From Gnetum montanum (Eukaryota > Plantae > Gnetophyta), in contig MNCI01001543.1 of NCBI GenBank assembly GCA_015680685.1, positions 304,051 to 368,050 on the forward strand: a DNA stretch of 64,000 bases, in the 5' to 3' direction. The position numbers were made by a program, and so were the translations under genes. Shown here one piece after another: positions 10,009 to 22,100 of the stretch. The notes under the pieces are model-generated. The model searched no databases, was not told the origin of the DNA, and was given only the letters and a program-made list of their open reading frames with translations. The stretch's first letter is position 1; the number at the start of each line of letters is the position of its first letter.

Positions 10009-13000
10009 CTACTTCCTGACCCATCGTGGGTTGATCAGAATGTAAGGCTGAGGTGTTTCGCCAGGGCACTTGTTCACATCATTGTCCTCCGCTTGGAAGG
10101 GTAACTCGACCCATGCGTTTTTGATTTGGGAGTTGACTCGCTAAGCCAATCATTCCATTGAATGATTAATGCATGCATGAATAGGTGCTTCATTCTTAGA
10201 TGTTGTAACCTCTGAGCCCTGTTTAGTTTTTACGTTGTTGATTGCTTGCATTGCCACTTTGTCACCACGGATCACCACCTCCCTACCTGCATATGGTAAG
10301 TGGATTTTCTGGTGTATATACGAGGAGACAGCCCTAAGTTGTGCTAACCATGATCTTCCCAAGATCAGGTTAAACTTGGGAATTTCTTCAACTATGATGA
10401 ATGTTGCGTCTGTGGGGAACTGATCCCCTACTACGAAGCTTACGTGAATTGTGCCTTTCACCAGGATGCGTGCCCATTGAAGGACCTTAGACACGATGTT
10501 GTCGTTGGTTTGATCTGGTCAACTAATCCCAACTTATCCACAATAGGGAAGGAAATGGCATTCTTGGAGGCCCCATCATCAACATGTACCCTTCGGATCC
10601 GATGTTGGCTGACCCGAATTGTGATGAAGAGAGGCACCATAGTCACTTGACCCCCTTCGAGGTCTTCCGTAATGATGTCGTTACGGAAAATTAATTGGGG
10701 TGGTGCAGGCTCTACAAGTATAGATGGAAGAATTACTGAGTGGATTGCTTCCTCTTCTATTGGCATGTTTTCATCGACTGGAATCGCTATTAATATGCGG
10801 ACTAGCGCTTCTCGGTGGGGTGCAGATGTCATGATTAGGTCATACAAGCTTGGTGTAGAATTTTTCTACTTTAGAGCTTGCTTAACCTAGGTGAGGGCAT
10901 CTAGAAGGCCTTGGCTACCCGCTTCTATGAAACTTTCCTCCTCTTCTATTTGTACCAGAAGATGAATCTCCTGAGGAGAGGTAGCCTCAGATCTAGGTCC
11001 AGATCCCTATCGGCCAGGTGGTACAAGTTGTGTAATTGTTTCAACCTTCATATTTGGTGAAGAAGGTATGGATGTGAGGGTCGAAGGAATAGTCTTGGGG
11101 ATATCCTTGATAGTAATTCCCTTCGACGTCTTGCTCGACTAGTAAGCTTCTTGTCTTGTGGGAAGAGGGGGTTTTTGAATTCTAGTCCATGAGTTAGGGG
11201 TTGTCGAAGGCATTGGACCCCTAATGACAAATGGTGCTAAAGGTGTCAACTGACAGGACTGCATGGCTTCACAAATAGGTGGTGAAAAGATGGATGCCCG
11301 AGGTGGAACTTTCAGGATGAAGGGTGGTTGCGAGCTTTGACCAACTGTTGGTGGTGCTGGTGCACTGCGCTAAGGCACATGGATCACGTATGGCTAGAAG
11401 GGTGGCCTGGGATCGTTGTCAATGTCGATGGTGTTGATGACGTAACTAGCATTATTGGCATTGAGGGGATCTATGTAGACATACATAGATTGATTTTTAG
11501 GGCATACTAGGTTTCTTTTTCCCAACACCAACTTCCCCAGATCGATTAATATTTGGATGTCATCCTGCAACCATAGACAATAATCCATGGTGTGACCACA
11601 TAGTTGGTGGTAGTCACAAAACCTGTCTAGCCTAAAATTCCTAGGGATTGGAGGCTCATTGGGCAGGGCTAGAGAGGGATTCCTAAGGAGCTTGCAGTAG
11701 CATTGATGTCTTGTGTTTACTTCTTCTAACATCTACTTGTGTTGGATGTACCCTATTGCCAACAATTGCTTCAGGAGTTCTGAAGGTTTGAGCGGCAACA
11801 GGGTGTATTTTGAGCAATATTTGCACCCAAAATTGGGTTTGGTGTATGCAGATTTCTTGAGCATAGGTGTAGCAGGTTGTTGTGCTTGGCCTAGTTTGGG
11901 CGCAAGGTTAGCCGCAGGTATGGCTGGTTTCTTGTTATTCTTACTACCGCTACTGCTAGGTTTGGGCTTGGCCTCGGTTGCCAAAGTGATCATTTTGGTT
12001 TTTGGGGCCTTACCTTTGTCCTTCTTTACAAAGGTGCTCTTGTAAGTGATGTAGGCTGGGTCTTTGCTTTCCTCGGCCATGTCCTGTATGCTCTTAGTTT
12101 GAGCGAAAGCCTAACTGAGAGAGTGAGGAACGAGATAGTACAGTTTGGACTTGATGAAGTCATTTACTGCACCCTTAAAGATGGCTAGCAAGTGAGCCTC
12201 TGCAATACGCTCATAGATTTCATTAAGGGTTGCGCTCCAATGTTGAATAAAGTTTTGAATTCGTTCTAGCACGTCTTGTTTCACACTCATCAACTGATCT
12301 AGCATGGTTTCTGGTTTCAAGTTGTACTTGAAGCATGTCACGAACTGGGTCAAGAGCTCTTCCAAAGTTGAAATGGATGAGCATGGCAATGCGCGGTACC
12401 AATCTAGGTCTTTCTCAGCTAGGAACATGGTGAAAACACGAATGATCGTATACATCCATTGTTGCAATAGTAAAGAATCAGCCCTGAAGGTGACAAGATG
12501 TGCATTGGGATCTCCCTCCCCATCGTACTTCGTGAAGTGTGAGAGAGACATCCCAGGGGGTAACGTTAAAGCAGGGATTGTAGGGTTGATGAGGTCGTCT
12601 TGATAAAAGTCCATGACTTGTACCATGTCAGACCCAATAGCTTTGAGGCATTTTATTTCCTCAGTGAGGGTTTGGATGAGCTAAAATGCTTGGTCCAGAC
12701 TCGATGATGTTGTGGACGTTGAGGGACTACAATGGAAGCTCCCACATGCGACATGGTGGTGGTGGCGAGCTGACTCATCGGTAGTTCCATTGAGGCCACC
12801 CCCGCTAAAGGTGCTACTTGCGTTGTCCACCATTTGGTGGGTGAAACTGTCAGAGAAGTAACAGCGGGTTGCACCGCCGGATAGACCGTTTGGATCATCG
12901 ATAGAGCAGACCATGGCCCTGTGCTAGGATGTACCATTTGCGGGGTTGTATAGGTCTGAGGGCGAACATAGTGAGACATCTACGATGGTTGTAGAATAGA

Positions 13001-13800
13001 TGAAAAAGTGAACGGGGTCCACCATGTAGATGGGCCAAGGCCTACCACAGTGGGTGGAATAGGCGCGTATGTAGGAATTGGCATGGAAGTTATGTGCGGT
13101 TGCAAAGTAGGTACGGTGTGAACATGTGGTAGGGTAGCCATGATAGGTGTATTATGCACTGCAAGAATGTGCTAATAGACAGTTTTCAAGGGCACAGTTG
13201 CTACGAATGCAATAGGGAAACAAGGGCGATGATATGCTGAGAATGTGGCATGGCTACCCATTGTTGTTGCAGTTGTAGGCTGCTGAAGCGTAGGCATGAT
13301 GGAAAAGGGAGCGGTGACAGATAGTGGGTTGGCCTAGAAGGGCTGGGCAGGCAAGATAGGAACGGGGTTGGTTTTACCTCTCTTGTCAGATTGGGAATCG
13401 AGTTCCTCCTATCCATCTTGAAAAGTGTTATCCTAGTTGGACGTGGTGTCCTGTTGCTCCCTAAGCCTAGCCAACTGGATTAGTTGATCCAACAACCTTT
13501 GATATGCTTGTGTTAAAGATAATGAAACATTGGGGGTGGGAATGAATTCCTTCCCATTGTAGTAGGTGAACTCGAAGCTACATTTTTCTTCGAGTTCGTG
13601 TAAATCCAAGGGCAGATTAGCCTGCACCTTTGCAAAAAGGAAACTATAATGCTCATGTTACTGGGCTAGTGCCTTAGGTCCCTGGTTTTGGATTCTAAGA
13701 GATCGATGTGCTTCCAACGTCAGATTCAGCGGTTGTTCGGCACCAGTAGTGCCTTGAACTGTGATGGGAACTTCAACATTGAAAGGGACTTCTACGTTGA
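10009..13800 (-). pseudogene. gag: gag-protease of element A, disrupted
   Basis: KYDGEGDPNAHL (gag core), FCDYHQLCGHTMDYC (Tat-type knuckle), RVHVDDGASKNAI and FNLILGRSWL (aspartic protease). The PR frame reads to TAG at 10009-10011. Start is approximate. Confidence 0.9.
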
Positions 13801-13929
13801 AGGCATTAGCAGCGGTAGTTGAAAAAGCTATTGTTAAGTAGGTAATTATGCAAAAGGAAAGCATAAAATTTGTGCTAAAGAGTGCAAACGAATAGGAAAA
13901 TCGGAAGAAATAGTGAAGAAGAATCTTTA

Positions 13930-14520
13930 CGTCTTGACGGATTCTGAAGGAACTGTCGAGGTGATCGATCTGCACCACACAAGGTGTAAACAACCACAAT
14001 AGGGTGTCACGTTTATGTTTGTGTGAGCTAAAGTGCAGAGCATGTGCAAGACTACTATAAAAAAGGGAAGGCAAGTTAACTGGCCGTCGGAGGCTTTATG
14101 TCTCATAGGGCTCCCAAGGAACTTTTGAGGTGACTGATCTACACCACACGACACGTAAAAAACCATAGACGGGTGTCAAGTCTACGCTAATGCATATTGG
14201 GGTGTAGAAGGCTTACGAGACTACCGTAAGACAAGTAAGCTAACAAGAAGGCTTTTTGTCTTCCAGGATCCCTGAAGGACCATAGAGGTGACCAGTCTAT
14301 ACCACACAATATGGGATGCAGAACGCATGCAAGACAACTGTAAAAGAGCTAGTTAGCCGGCAATCGAAGGCCTTGTGTTCTGTAGGGCTCCCGAGGAACC
14401 GTCGAGGTGACCAATCTACACTACACAAAGTGCAAACAACGGCAAGAGGGTGTCACATTTACGCTTATATGTATCAGGGTATAGAAGGCTCACAGAACTA
14501 TTGTGACACAAGGAAAAGGC
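13930..14520. repeat. Four diverged ~120-170 bp repeats in the 5' UTR of element A
   Basis: Core ggaactgtcgaggtgatcgatctgcaccacac at ~13949, ~14118, ~14277 and ~14394. Element B has one copy (~19345). Confidence 0.75.
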
Positions 14521-14529
14521 ACCAAAAGG

Positions 14530-14546
14530 CCCTCCTTCTCGTGCCA
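14530..14546 (-). promoter_or_regulatory. Primer-binding site, tRNA-Asn type (element A)
   Basis: TGGCACGAGAAGGAGGG lies 6 nt inside the LTR; 15/17 match to TGGCGCTAGAAGGAGGG, the complement of the plant tRNA-Asn 3' end. Confidence 0.8.
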
Positions 14547-14552
14547 GAAAAC

Positions 14553-16176
14553 TGTAGCGACTGAAAATGTCGGTGGCTGGAAAACACCAAGGGGTCGACT
14601 AGTGCAACAGTTTCGACTCTATACCCATAGGAGGGCCATGCTGGGTGTGTGTGGATACGGGGCACCTTGAATGGTTTGGTCAATCAGACAGGGACTTACG
14701 TTGGCATCAATATAGCCTTTTGGAACGTGTACTTTTGAGACGGAATGGAAATGCAAAATAATGCTTGAAAGTAAATAAAGAAAAAAATGCGACAATGATG
14801 CGAAGTAATTCTTGAAAGTAAATAAAACAAAAAAAAATAGTGCAAATAGGATAGAAAGCAAGAAATAAAGTAAAGTGTAGTTAGAAACATGCACCACTCT
14901 GAAGCTATAGACTTGCTCTGTTAAGAAGGATACAGTCGGTTGCATAGCGTGATGAAGTGCAGAGATCCCAAGTGTAACCAAGACATGTAGAAAAAAATAG
15001 ACTATGTTCTTGAGCGCGGACTTAGGTTTTGATAATGCAGAAATTCTACCAAGGTGGTAGAAAAAGGATGGAACAGAGTGTTAGCCAAAAATGCTAACTG
15101 TTTGCAATGTCAAACAGAGAGCTCACAATGCTTGATGTTACAATGCCAGAGAGGAGAGAAGTTTTTAGAATTCAAAATTTCTCACCCCTTGAATGCTGTT
15201 CTTTTTGAAAAGAATGCGAACTCCTTTTGAATGCTATTTTCTGGTGTATTTATAGGACTAGAGGGCACACATTGACTTGCTGGTGCCACTCGCACCATGC
15301 ATGACAGTTGGACCTACAAGACCGTTGTAATATGAACTTGTCATGCAATAACTATGAGCCTACCATACCATAATTACATCATCATTGTCTAGAGATGTGT
15401 GCCAATGGTCCAATTAGGTGAAATGTATTGATTTCGCACAACTACCCGCATGCCTTTCTATACTTTGTAGCGTAACATGTTTAGCGTAGCATAGCACTTT
15501 GTCGCGCGTTCTGCTACACGTATGTTGCTTGCTATGCTATGTAGCGTAGCGTAGCGTAGCAACTAGCCTTAGTCGCGAAAGTTTTTCTGATTTGCAAACT
15601 TTGTCTTCTACTATGTAAGTCTTGCAAACTCCACTGATTTTGCCCTTCAAGCTACGTTCTGTCTCTTCCACAGGTTTGCTACGCCTTGCTGCACCATGTA
15701 GCTCAGCATAGCATAGAAAAGGACATGGTTTGCCGCTCCCTGATGGACAGGGACATCGTTGCAGAACCTGAAATTGGGAGAGGGGAGTGGTATTGAAGCC
15801 ATTGCCATGATACGCTATGTGGTGTAGCGTAGCATAGCACTCCATTTTGTTGTCTTCTTTTGAAGCTTTCTACGCTATGAGGCGTAGTGTAGCATAGCAA
15901 ACTTCGTGAGTTAGAAAACTTGCCAAACTATTTTTCATGCATCCATAGTGCTACTGCCAATTCCACATAGCATTTCTGAGTAGGCTATTGGCTGGTCAAG
16001 CTACTTTGGTGGATAGGTAGGATGAAACAGAACATGTCCATGCTCAAAGTAGAAAATTTGTCGAACTGTCGAGCCTAAACTCAGAACGTTCTCCTCCTGA
16101 TGAATTACCATAGTGCTACGTGGTTTGTAAGAGCCTGGTGAAGCAAGGATGACCTTGCATTTTTTAGGGTATTTCA
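14553..16176 (-). repeat. 5' LTR of element A (~1.62 kb)
   Basis: Plus-strand ends tgtagcgac...gggtatttca match the LTRs at 19499, 31047 and 55993. Minus-strand TATA at ~15245. Adjacent PBS. Confidence 0.85.
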
Positions 16177-19110
16177 AGAGCATATTTGACTTGTGAAAGG
16201 ATGTTGAAAAGGTCTTTCCTGACCTCTTGTTATTTGCTACCCTTTTCCTCATCCATTTTCCCTAGAAGATAAATCTCCCAAGGGGGGGGGGGGGGGGGGG
16301 GGGTGCAGTTTCAAGTTGAAAACTAGGCTTTCTCAAGTGGAAACATGATGATTGCATGCATGAATTATTATCAGTTGTTGATGAAGAAGGAGCCATGGGC
16401 ATTGAGGATAAGGGTGTAGGTTTGGGGGGACCTAACGGGGTGCGTTCCCTAGCTGTCTTGTCTACTGAATACTCTTCCTATTTTTTTGAATGGGGAGGCT
16501 ATGGTGTAGTTTTGTTACCTAGCTTTGAGTAGAGGAGCTAGTGTGTTTTGGCACCTTAATGAAAAATGGTGCTTGTTGCATTGGTGAGAGTGACGGTGCC
16601 ACCCTGAGCACAAAGGGAGAAAGCATGGATATCTGACAAGAAGCTTTAAGGACAAAGGGTTGATGTGACATTGTTTTTATTGTTGTTTGGGTTGCTACCT
16701 TACGAGGAGGCACACGCACCACGAATGGTTGCTGTAGTGGTTTTGGATTTTTATCAATGCCAATGATGTTGATGATATACCTCGCATTATTAGCATTCAT
16801 GGGGTCTTTGTAAACATGCATTGACTGGTTTTTAGGGTCAATGAGACTACTTTCATCCAAGATCAATATTCCCTGATCAATCATGCGTTGGATGTCATCT
16901 TTTAGTGCTAGACAGTAGTTTGTATCGTGACCACAAAGTTGATGGTAGTCACAGAAATGTTCTAGCCTAAAATTCTTACGAACTGGCGGCTTATTGGGTG
17001 TGGCCAATGAGGGGTTCCTAAGAAGTTCGTAATACCATTGATGACATTTGATTACCTTCTCCAACATCTGTTTATGTTGTATACAGCTAGTCCCCAACAG
17101 TTACCTTAGAAGTTCTAAAGGCTTAATGGGAAAGGGGGTATACTTAGAGTGATCCTTGCACTCAAAGTTGGGCCTAGGCTAAGTTGATGCCACAGGTGTT
17201 GATGTTGAGGGCTGACTGGTGTTTCTTGAGCCAGGTGTGGCGTTAGCAGGTTCTGTGGTTGCCTTTTTGTTGTTGTCGTTGTTGGGCTTGGTGTCATTGG
17301 CCACAATGGCCATCATGGCTGTTGCAGCCTTACCCTTCTCTTTTTCCTTCTTGATGTGTGCATTTTTGTATCTGACATAGGCCAGATCCTTACTAGCTTC
17401 GACCACATCTTGAATGCTCTTAGCCTGAGCAAAGGCTTAGCTAAGGGAGCATGGAGCCAGGTAATAGAGCTTACAGTTAATAAAGTCATTTATCACTTCT
17501 TTGAAGATGGTCAATAGATGGGCCTCAGCGATAGGCTCACTTATCTTGTTTAGGGTCATGCTACACCATTGTATGAATCTTTGCACAAATTCCAACAGGT
17601 CCTGCTTGACACTCATGAGTTGGTCCAATGTGACCTCCAGTTTCAGGTTGTATTTGAAGCAAGTTATGAACTGACTTAGCAACTCTTCTAGAGTAGAAAT
17701 GGAGGCACGTGGGAGTGCGTGGTACCAGTCCAGAGCTTTTCCTATCAAGGACATGGCAAAGACATGGACAATGGTGTGTGGACATGGTTGTATTAGTAGA
17801 TATTCGAACCTAAAGATCACCAAATGCGAATTGGGGTTGCCCTCTCCATTGTATTTTGTAAATTTGGGGAGTGGAACCCTAGGGGAAAATGTGAGCATAG
17901 GCATGGCTAAGCTAATAGGGTCATCATGGTAAAAGTCCATGACCTGTACAGTATCAGAACTAGCAGCTTTAAGCCACTTGATTTCTTTAGTTAGGGTCTA
18001 GATGAGTTGGAAGGCTTGATCCAGACTTGGAGATGTTGCAGATGGTTGTGAGTTTGCAGGAGCAACCATCGTTGGTGGCATTGTAAGGGCAACGGCCTGT
18101 CCCATGGGGGGCACTGTTGGGGCTACTCCAGCAGGTGGTTCCACCTAGGCAATCCACCACCTAGTGGGTGATGCTATTGGGGCAATGGCCATTGGTGGTG
18201 CTGTGGGGTTGGCTACTTACCCACTTGAGTGGTGCTGTGGGGTTTGGTTGTACCACCTGCAGGACTTGGTATGCTTGGTGTTGGATGTATTGCAACATTA
18301 GAGAAGGTTGCACAGTAGGGAGAGAAGTAGGTGACGCCCACCACACGTTTGAGACTAGGTTTGCTAATGGTGGTGGGATAGGTGCAGATGAGGGAGCAGG
18401 AACGACACTCATGTGCAGTTGTGACAAAGGTGCGGTATGCACATATGGAAATGTAGGCATGACTGATGTTGGGTATGCTGCCTAGATAGATTGGGAAGGG
18501 AAGGTAACTTGGAGAGAGGTTGAAGGGCCCACTTGCTGGTACATTAAAATTATAGGATGGCTGCCCATGGCTGACAAAGGTGTGGGCTGTGGCAGGGTTG
18601 TGGAAACCATGAAGGGGGTAGATGAGAAGAGTGGGTTCGACCGAAAGATCGTAGTGGAAGGAATAGCTATGGTGTAGGTCTAGCCATCACCTTCAGAGTG
18701 GGATTCTAAGTCTTCCTACCCATCCTAGAATGCTTCATCATAATGGGACCCTGTGTCCTATTCTTTAGACCTACTCACTTGCATCAACTGGTTCAACACC
18801 CATTGGTACACTTCAGTCAATGGGATGATGACATCAAGAGTAGGGATGAACTCCCTCCCATCGTGGTGAAGGAACTCAAAGTTACGTTTATCCTTGAGTT
18901 CTTAACAGTCCAATGGTAGATTCACCTAGACCTTTGCATATAGGAAGTCATATCACTTTGCATCTTGCGCCAAGCACTCGGGTGATATGTGCCACAATCT
19001 AAGGGATTGACATGGTGCCAACACTGGGCTGGGCGGTCGCTCGAGACCTATCACATGTTTTATAGTGTAGGGTACCTCTATATCCGAGGTGGAAATGGTA
19101 GTGGTTGTGG
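16177..19110 (-). pseudogene. gag: gag of element B, disrupted
   Basis: ORFs 17437-17940 and 16519-17097 are homologous to A gag. A 22-nt poly-G run lies at 16282-16303. Confidence 0.9.
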
Positions 19111-19498
19111 GAATCATTTTGTGTAGTAAAAATAGAAACTATAAAAGAGAGAGAAGGATTGAAATTGGGTATGCTAGGGGGTATCAGAAGTTTTCTTCCT
19201 TCACTGTTGCACCTACTATGCTAAGTAGGAGTGTTATGCGAAGAGGTTTGCTATGCCACACAAGAGGTAGGCAGCATAGGGTAGTGAATAGAGTAAAGGT
19301 GGTATAGCAAGCGATCAAAGGATTTTGTCTTGCTGGGTTCCAGAGGAACTGTCGTTGCAACTAGTCTATACCACATGATGTGTAGAAAACCACAAGGCTG
19401 TCACGCCTATGCTAGTAGGTGACAGGGTATAGATAGTGTGCAGGACTACCTATGATATGTAGAAAGGTCACTACAAGCCCTCCTTGTAGCACAAAAAC

Positions 19499-22100
19499 TG
19501 TAGCGACCAACAATGTCAATGGCTGGAACACCAAGAGGTCACTGGGTGTATAGCCTAACCTCAGATCCTTGTGAGGGCTATGCTGGAGTAAATGGAAGTA
19601 GGGTGCCCTGAACAGTTTGGTCGATCATATAGGAACATAATCAATGTATAATAACCTTTCGTAAACATTGGTTTTAAAGATTTTATATGCATGTTAAGCG
19701 ATGAGTGAAAAATTTAAATTGATTGAGAATAATGCAAAACATCAAAATACCAAAACAAAATGAAGCAGATTTGTGTGAGAAAGTGCACCACCCCAAGATC
19801 GGGGGATCTAATCTTTGCTTGACTGAAGGTGTACAACAGATGGGTAGTGTGGACAAGCACAACTTTCAATGAAGTAGTATGGTCACAACCCCTCAAACTA
19901 TTGTCAATAGCTTACCAACAAGAACCTTCTACTTGCGAGTCTCCTTGCCAAAGCTAATTCCACAAAGTCAAAATGCCAAAATGCTAACCAAGAAGCCAAT
20001 TGCCAGAGAAGTGATCTGTAAAAGCCAACAATGCTAAAAGCCAATAATTCCAAAAGCCAACCCCACTAAAATGCTCCAAACCAACCCATTGATCATTATT
20101 TACTAGGGTATTTATAGAATCAAATGTAGGAGAGAAATGTGGTTNGTGTGAGAAAGTGCACCACCCCAAGATCGGGGGATCTAATCTTTGCTTGACTGAA
20201 GGTGTACAACAGATGGGTAGTGTGGACAAGCACAACTTTCAATGAAGTAGTATGGTCACAACCCCTCAAACTATTGTCAATAGCTTACCAACAAGAACCT
20301 TCTACTTGCGAGTCTCCTTGCCAAAGCTAATTCCACAAAGTCAAAATGCCAAAATGCTAACCAAGAAGCCAATTGCCAGAGAAGTGATCTGTAAAAGCCA
20401 ACAATGCTAAAAGCCAATAATTCCAAAAGCCAACCCCACTAAAATGCTCCAAACCAACCCATTGATCATTATTTACTAGGGTATTTATAGAATCAAATGT
20501 AGGAGAGAAATGTGGTTTGGAAACCATGTGTCCTGGGTCCCACAGAGTGCAGATGTGTTAGTGCCATGCTATTGTGTAATGCTAGGTGTGGAACCTACTA
20601 TGTTGTGACCATACCACTAAAACTTCATGTGCCAAAGTCTAGTGAACTACCATATTTTTTTCAAAGAAAAATGCTAATCAATGAACGCAAAGTAGAGCTT
20701 GTGCTCCAGAACTATGTCTTCCCTGCTCTTGTGAGTGGGGCTAAGCATAGGAACAATTTTGGGGATAGTTAAGGGGTGAAAAACAGAGCCAACTTGCTAA
20801 TTTTTCCATTTGAAGATATGTCGGGATGAGAGTAACTTTTTCCAACATGCTCTAGAGATTAAATAAAGATGTCTTGGGGCTCCCACGTGAGTGTTACGCT
20901 ATTTACACTGCCCAACATATTGGCGTAGCCTAAACACCCACACGCTATGTTGTGCTACACTGCTTAGCATAGCATAGCAGAGCCACATGTCTTGAGAGAA
21001 ATCTTGCCTAAAAGACAATAATACCTATCTAAGGTCTTGCTAGGCAAGCAACTACAACCCTGTCTCTCATGTTGAATAGTCTTGACACTTGATGAGTTCA
21101 TCCTTGGGATACCTTGGTGCTTTGTGTCCTAGCTACGCTATGCTATGCTATGTAGTGTAGCATAAAGTAGTAGCCACTGTGACATACATCCTTGTCTGAT
21201 TTGCAATGCTTTGTTAAGAAACTCTACTTAGGGCCCAAGGGTGAAGTGGGATAGGCAATCTTGAGGCCAAAGTATGGCCAAGTGCAATCCTCTTATTGGA
21301 ACCACTTGGCTGAGGGCATCCATGTGTTCTATCCTTACTACGCCATGCTACGCTGCATAGCGTAGCACCCTATGTTGCTTGAATTTTGACTTATTTTTGT
21401 AAACATTTTTTCATAGAATGTTGGTGATGTCCTAGCATGTTAGCAGAGCAAACCTATTTGATGGTTGAAGTATGGGCAAATGTGCTTGCTCCCTCAGAGC
21501 CATCTGAGTAGTAGTATCATCAAAGTGCATCCCTACTACGCTGTGCTATGCTGTGTAGCGTAGCATAGTGTAGCACTCAAATTGTAATGATTTCTAACAA
21601 AACTTACCAAATTTTGCCATGTCATGCTACTCATGCATCAAGGATGAAGTGAGGCAGATGATTTCGAGGGCTACGTTGTTGTCAATCCACATCAATGGTA
21701 CCTGTTTAGTCTCTTCAAGGCTTGCTATGCTATGCAGTGTAGCGTAGCATAGTAGGCCCCTGCAGTTAGAAAACTTGCCAAACTATTTAGCTCATCCTAA
21801 ACACTTTTGGTAGCTCCTAGCATGGTCCTTTGGTAGACCGTTAGTTGGGTCAAATGTCAAGCTGGGCAAGCTAGGAGGTGTAGCAAGCCTATCAGCCTCG
21901 GAAATAGAAAATTTTCTAGACTATTCAGTCTACTCCTAGTGCCTTTCTCATGTAAACTGGCCTTGTGGCTGGGTGCCATGTTGACTGTGCTGCAGATGGT
22001 ATTGTCTGCATGGTCTAGTGTGATACCAGACTTGTAAGAATCCTTGCCCACAGTTCGGGACTGCTGAATCATGAGAGTCCCAAAATTTTCTGGTGTTTCA
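19499..22100 (-). repeat. 5' LTR of element B (~2.23 kb after removing an artefactual duplication)
   Basis: Ends tgtagcgacc...ggtgtttca; collinear with LTR 31047-33445. Confidence 0.88.
19773..20517. other. Exact 372-bp duplication flanking a single N (assembly overlap artefact)
   Basis: 19773-20144 is identical to 20146-20517, with N at 20145. The homologous LTR 31047-33445 has one copy. Confidence 0.9.

Larger units (their letters stand above)
1661..16176 (-). mobile_element. Element A: Ty3/Gypsy Tat/Ogre-like LTR retrotransposon, 3'-truncated within integrase
   Basis: On the minus strand: 5' LTR 14553-16176, PBS, gag-PR, a 5.8 kb spacer with an antisense gene, then RT-RH-aRH and the INT zinc-finger start. 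Homology to the other pol copies stops after YYWPYIERDYLS (~1661). Its LTR end interrupts the gag of element B. Confidence 0.88.
16177..22100 (-). mobile_element. Element B: same group, 5' LTR + PBS + gag, cut by insertion of A
   Basis: Gag fragments KYNGEGNPNSHL and FCDYHQLCGHDTNYC are collinear with A. Decayed Asn PBS at 19478-19493; LTR 19499-22100. Confidence 0.88.

Noticed and set aside
16282-16303. 22-nt poly-G run as a functional G-quadruplex
   Set aside because: It is absent at the homologous gag position in element A; likely slippage or sequencing error in a dead ORF.
19773-20517. Perfect 372-bp tandem duplication inside LTR B
   Set aside because: The copies are identical, separated by one N, and single in the homologous LTR, so this is an unmerged contig overlap.
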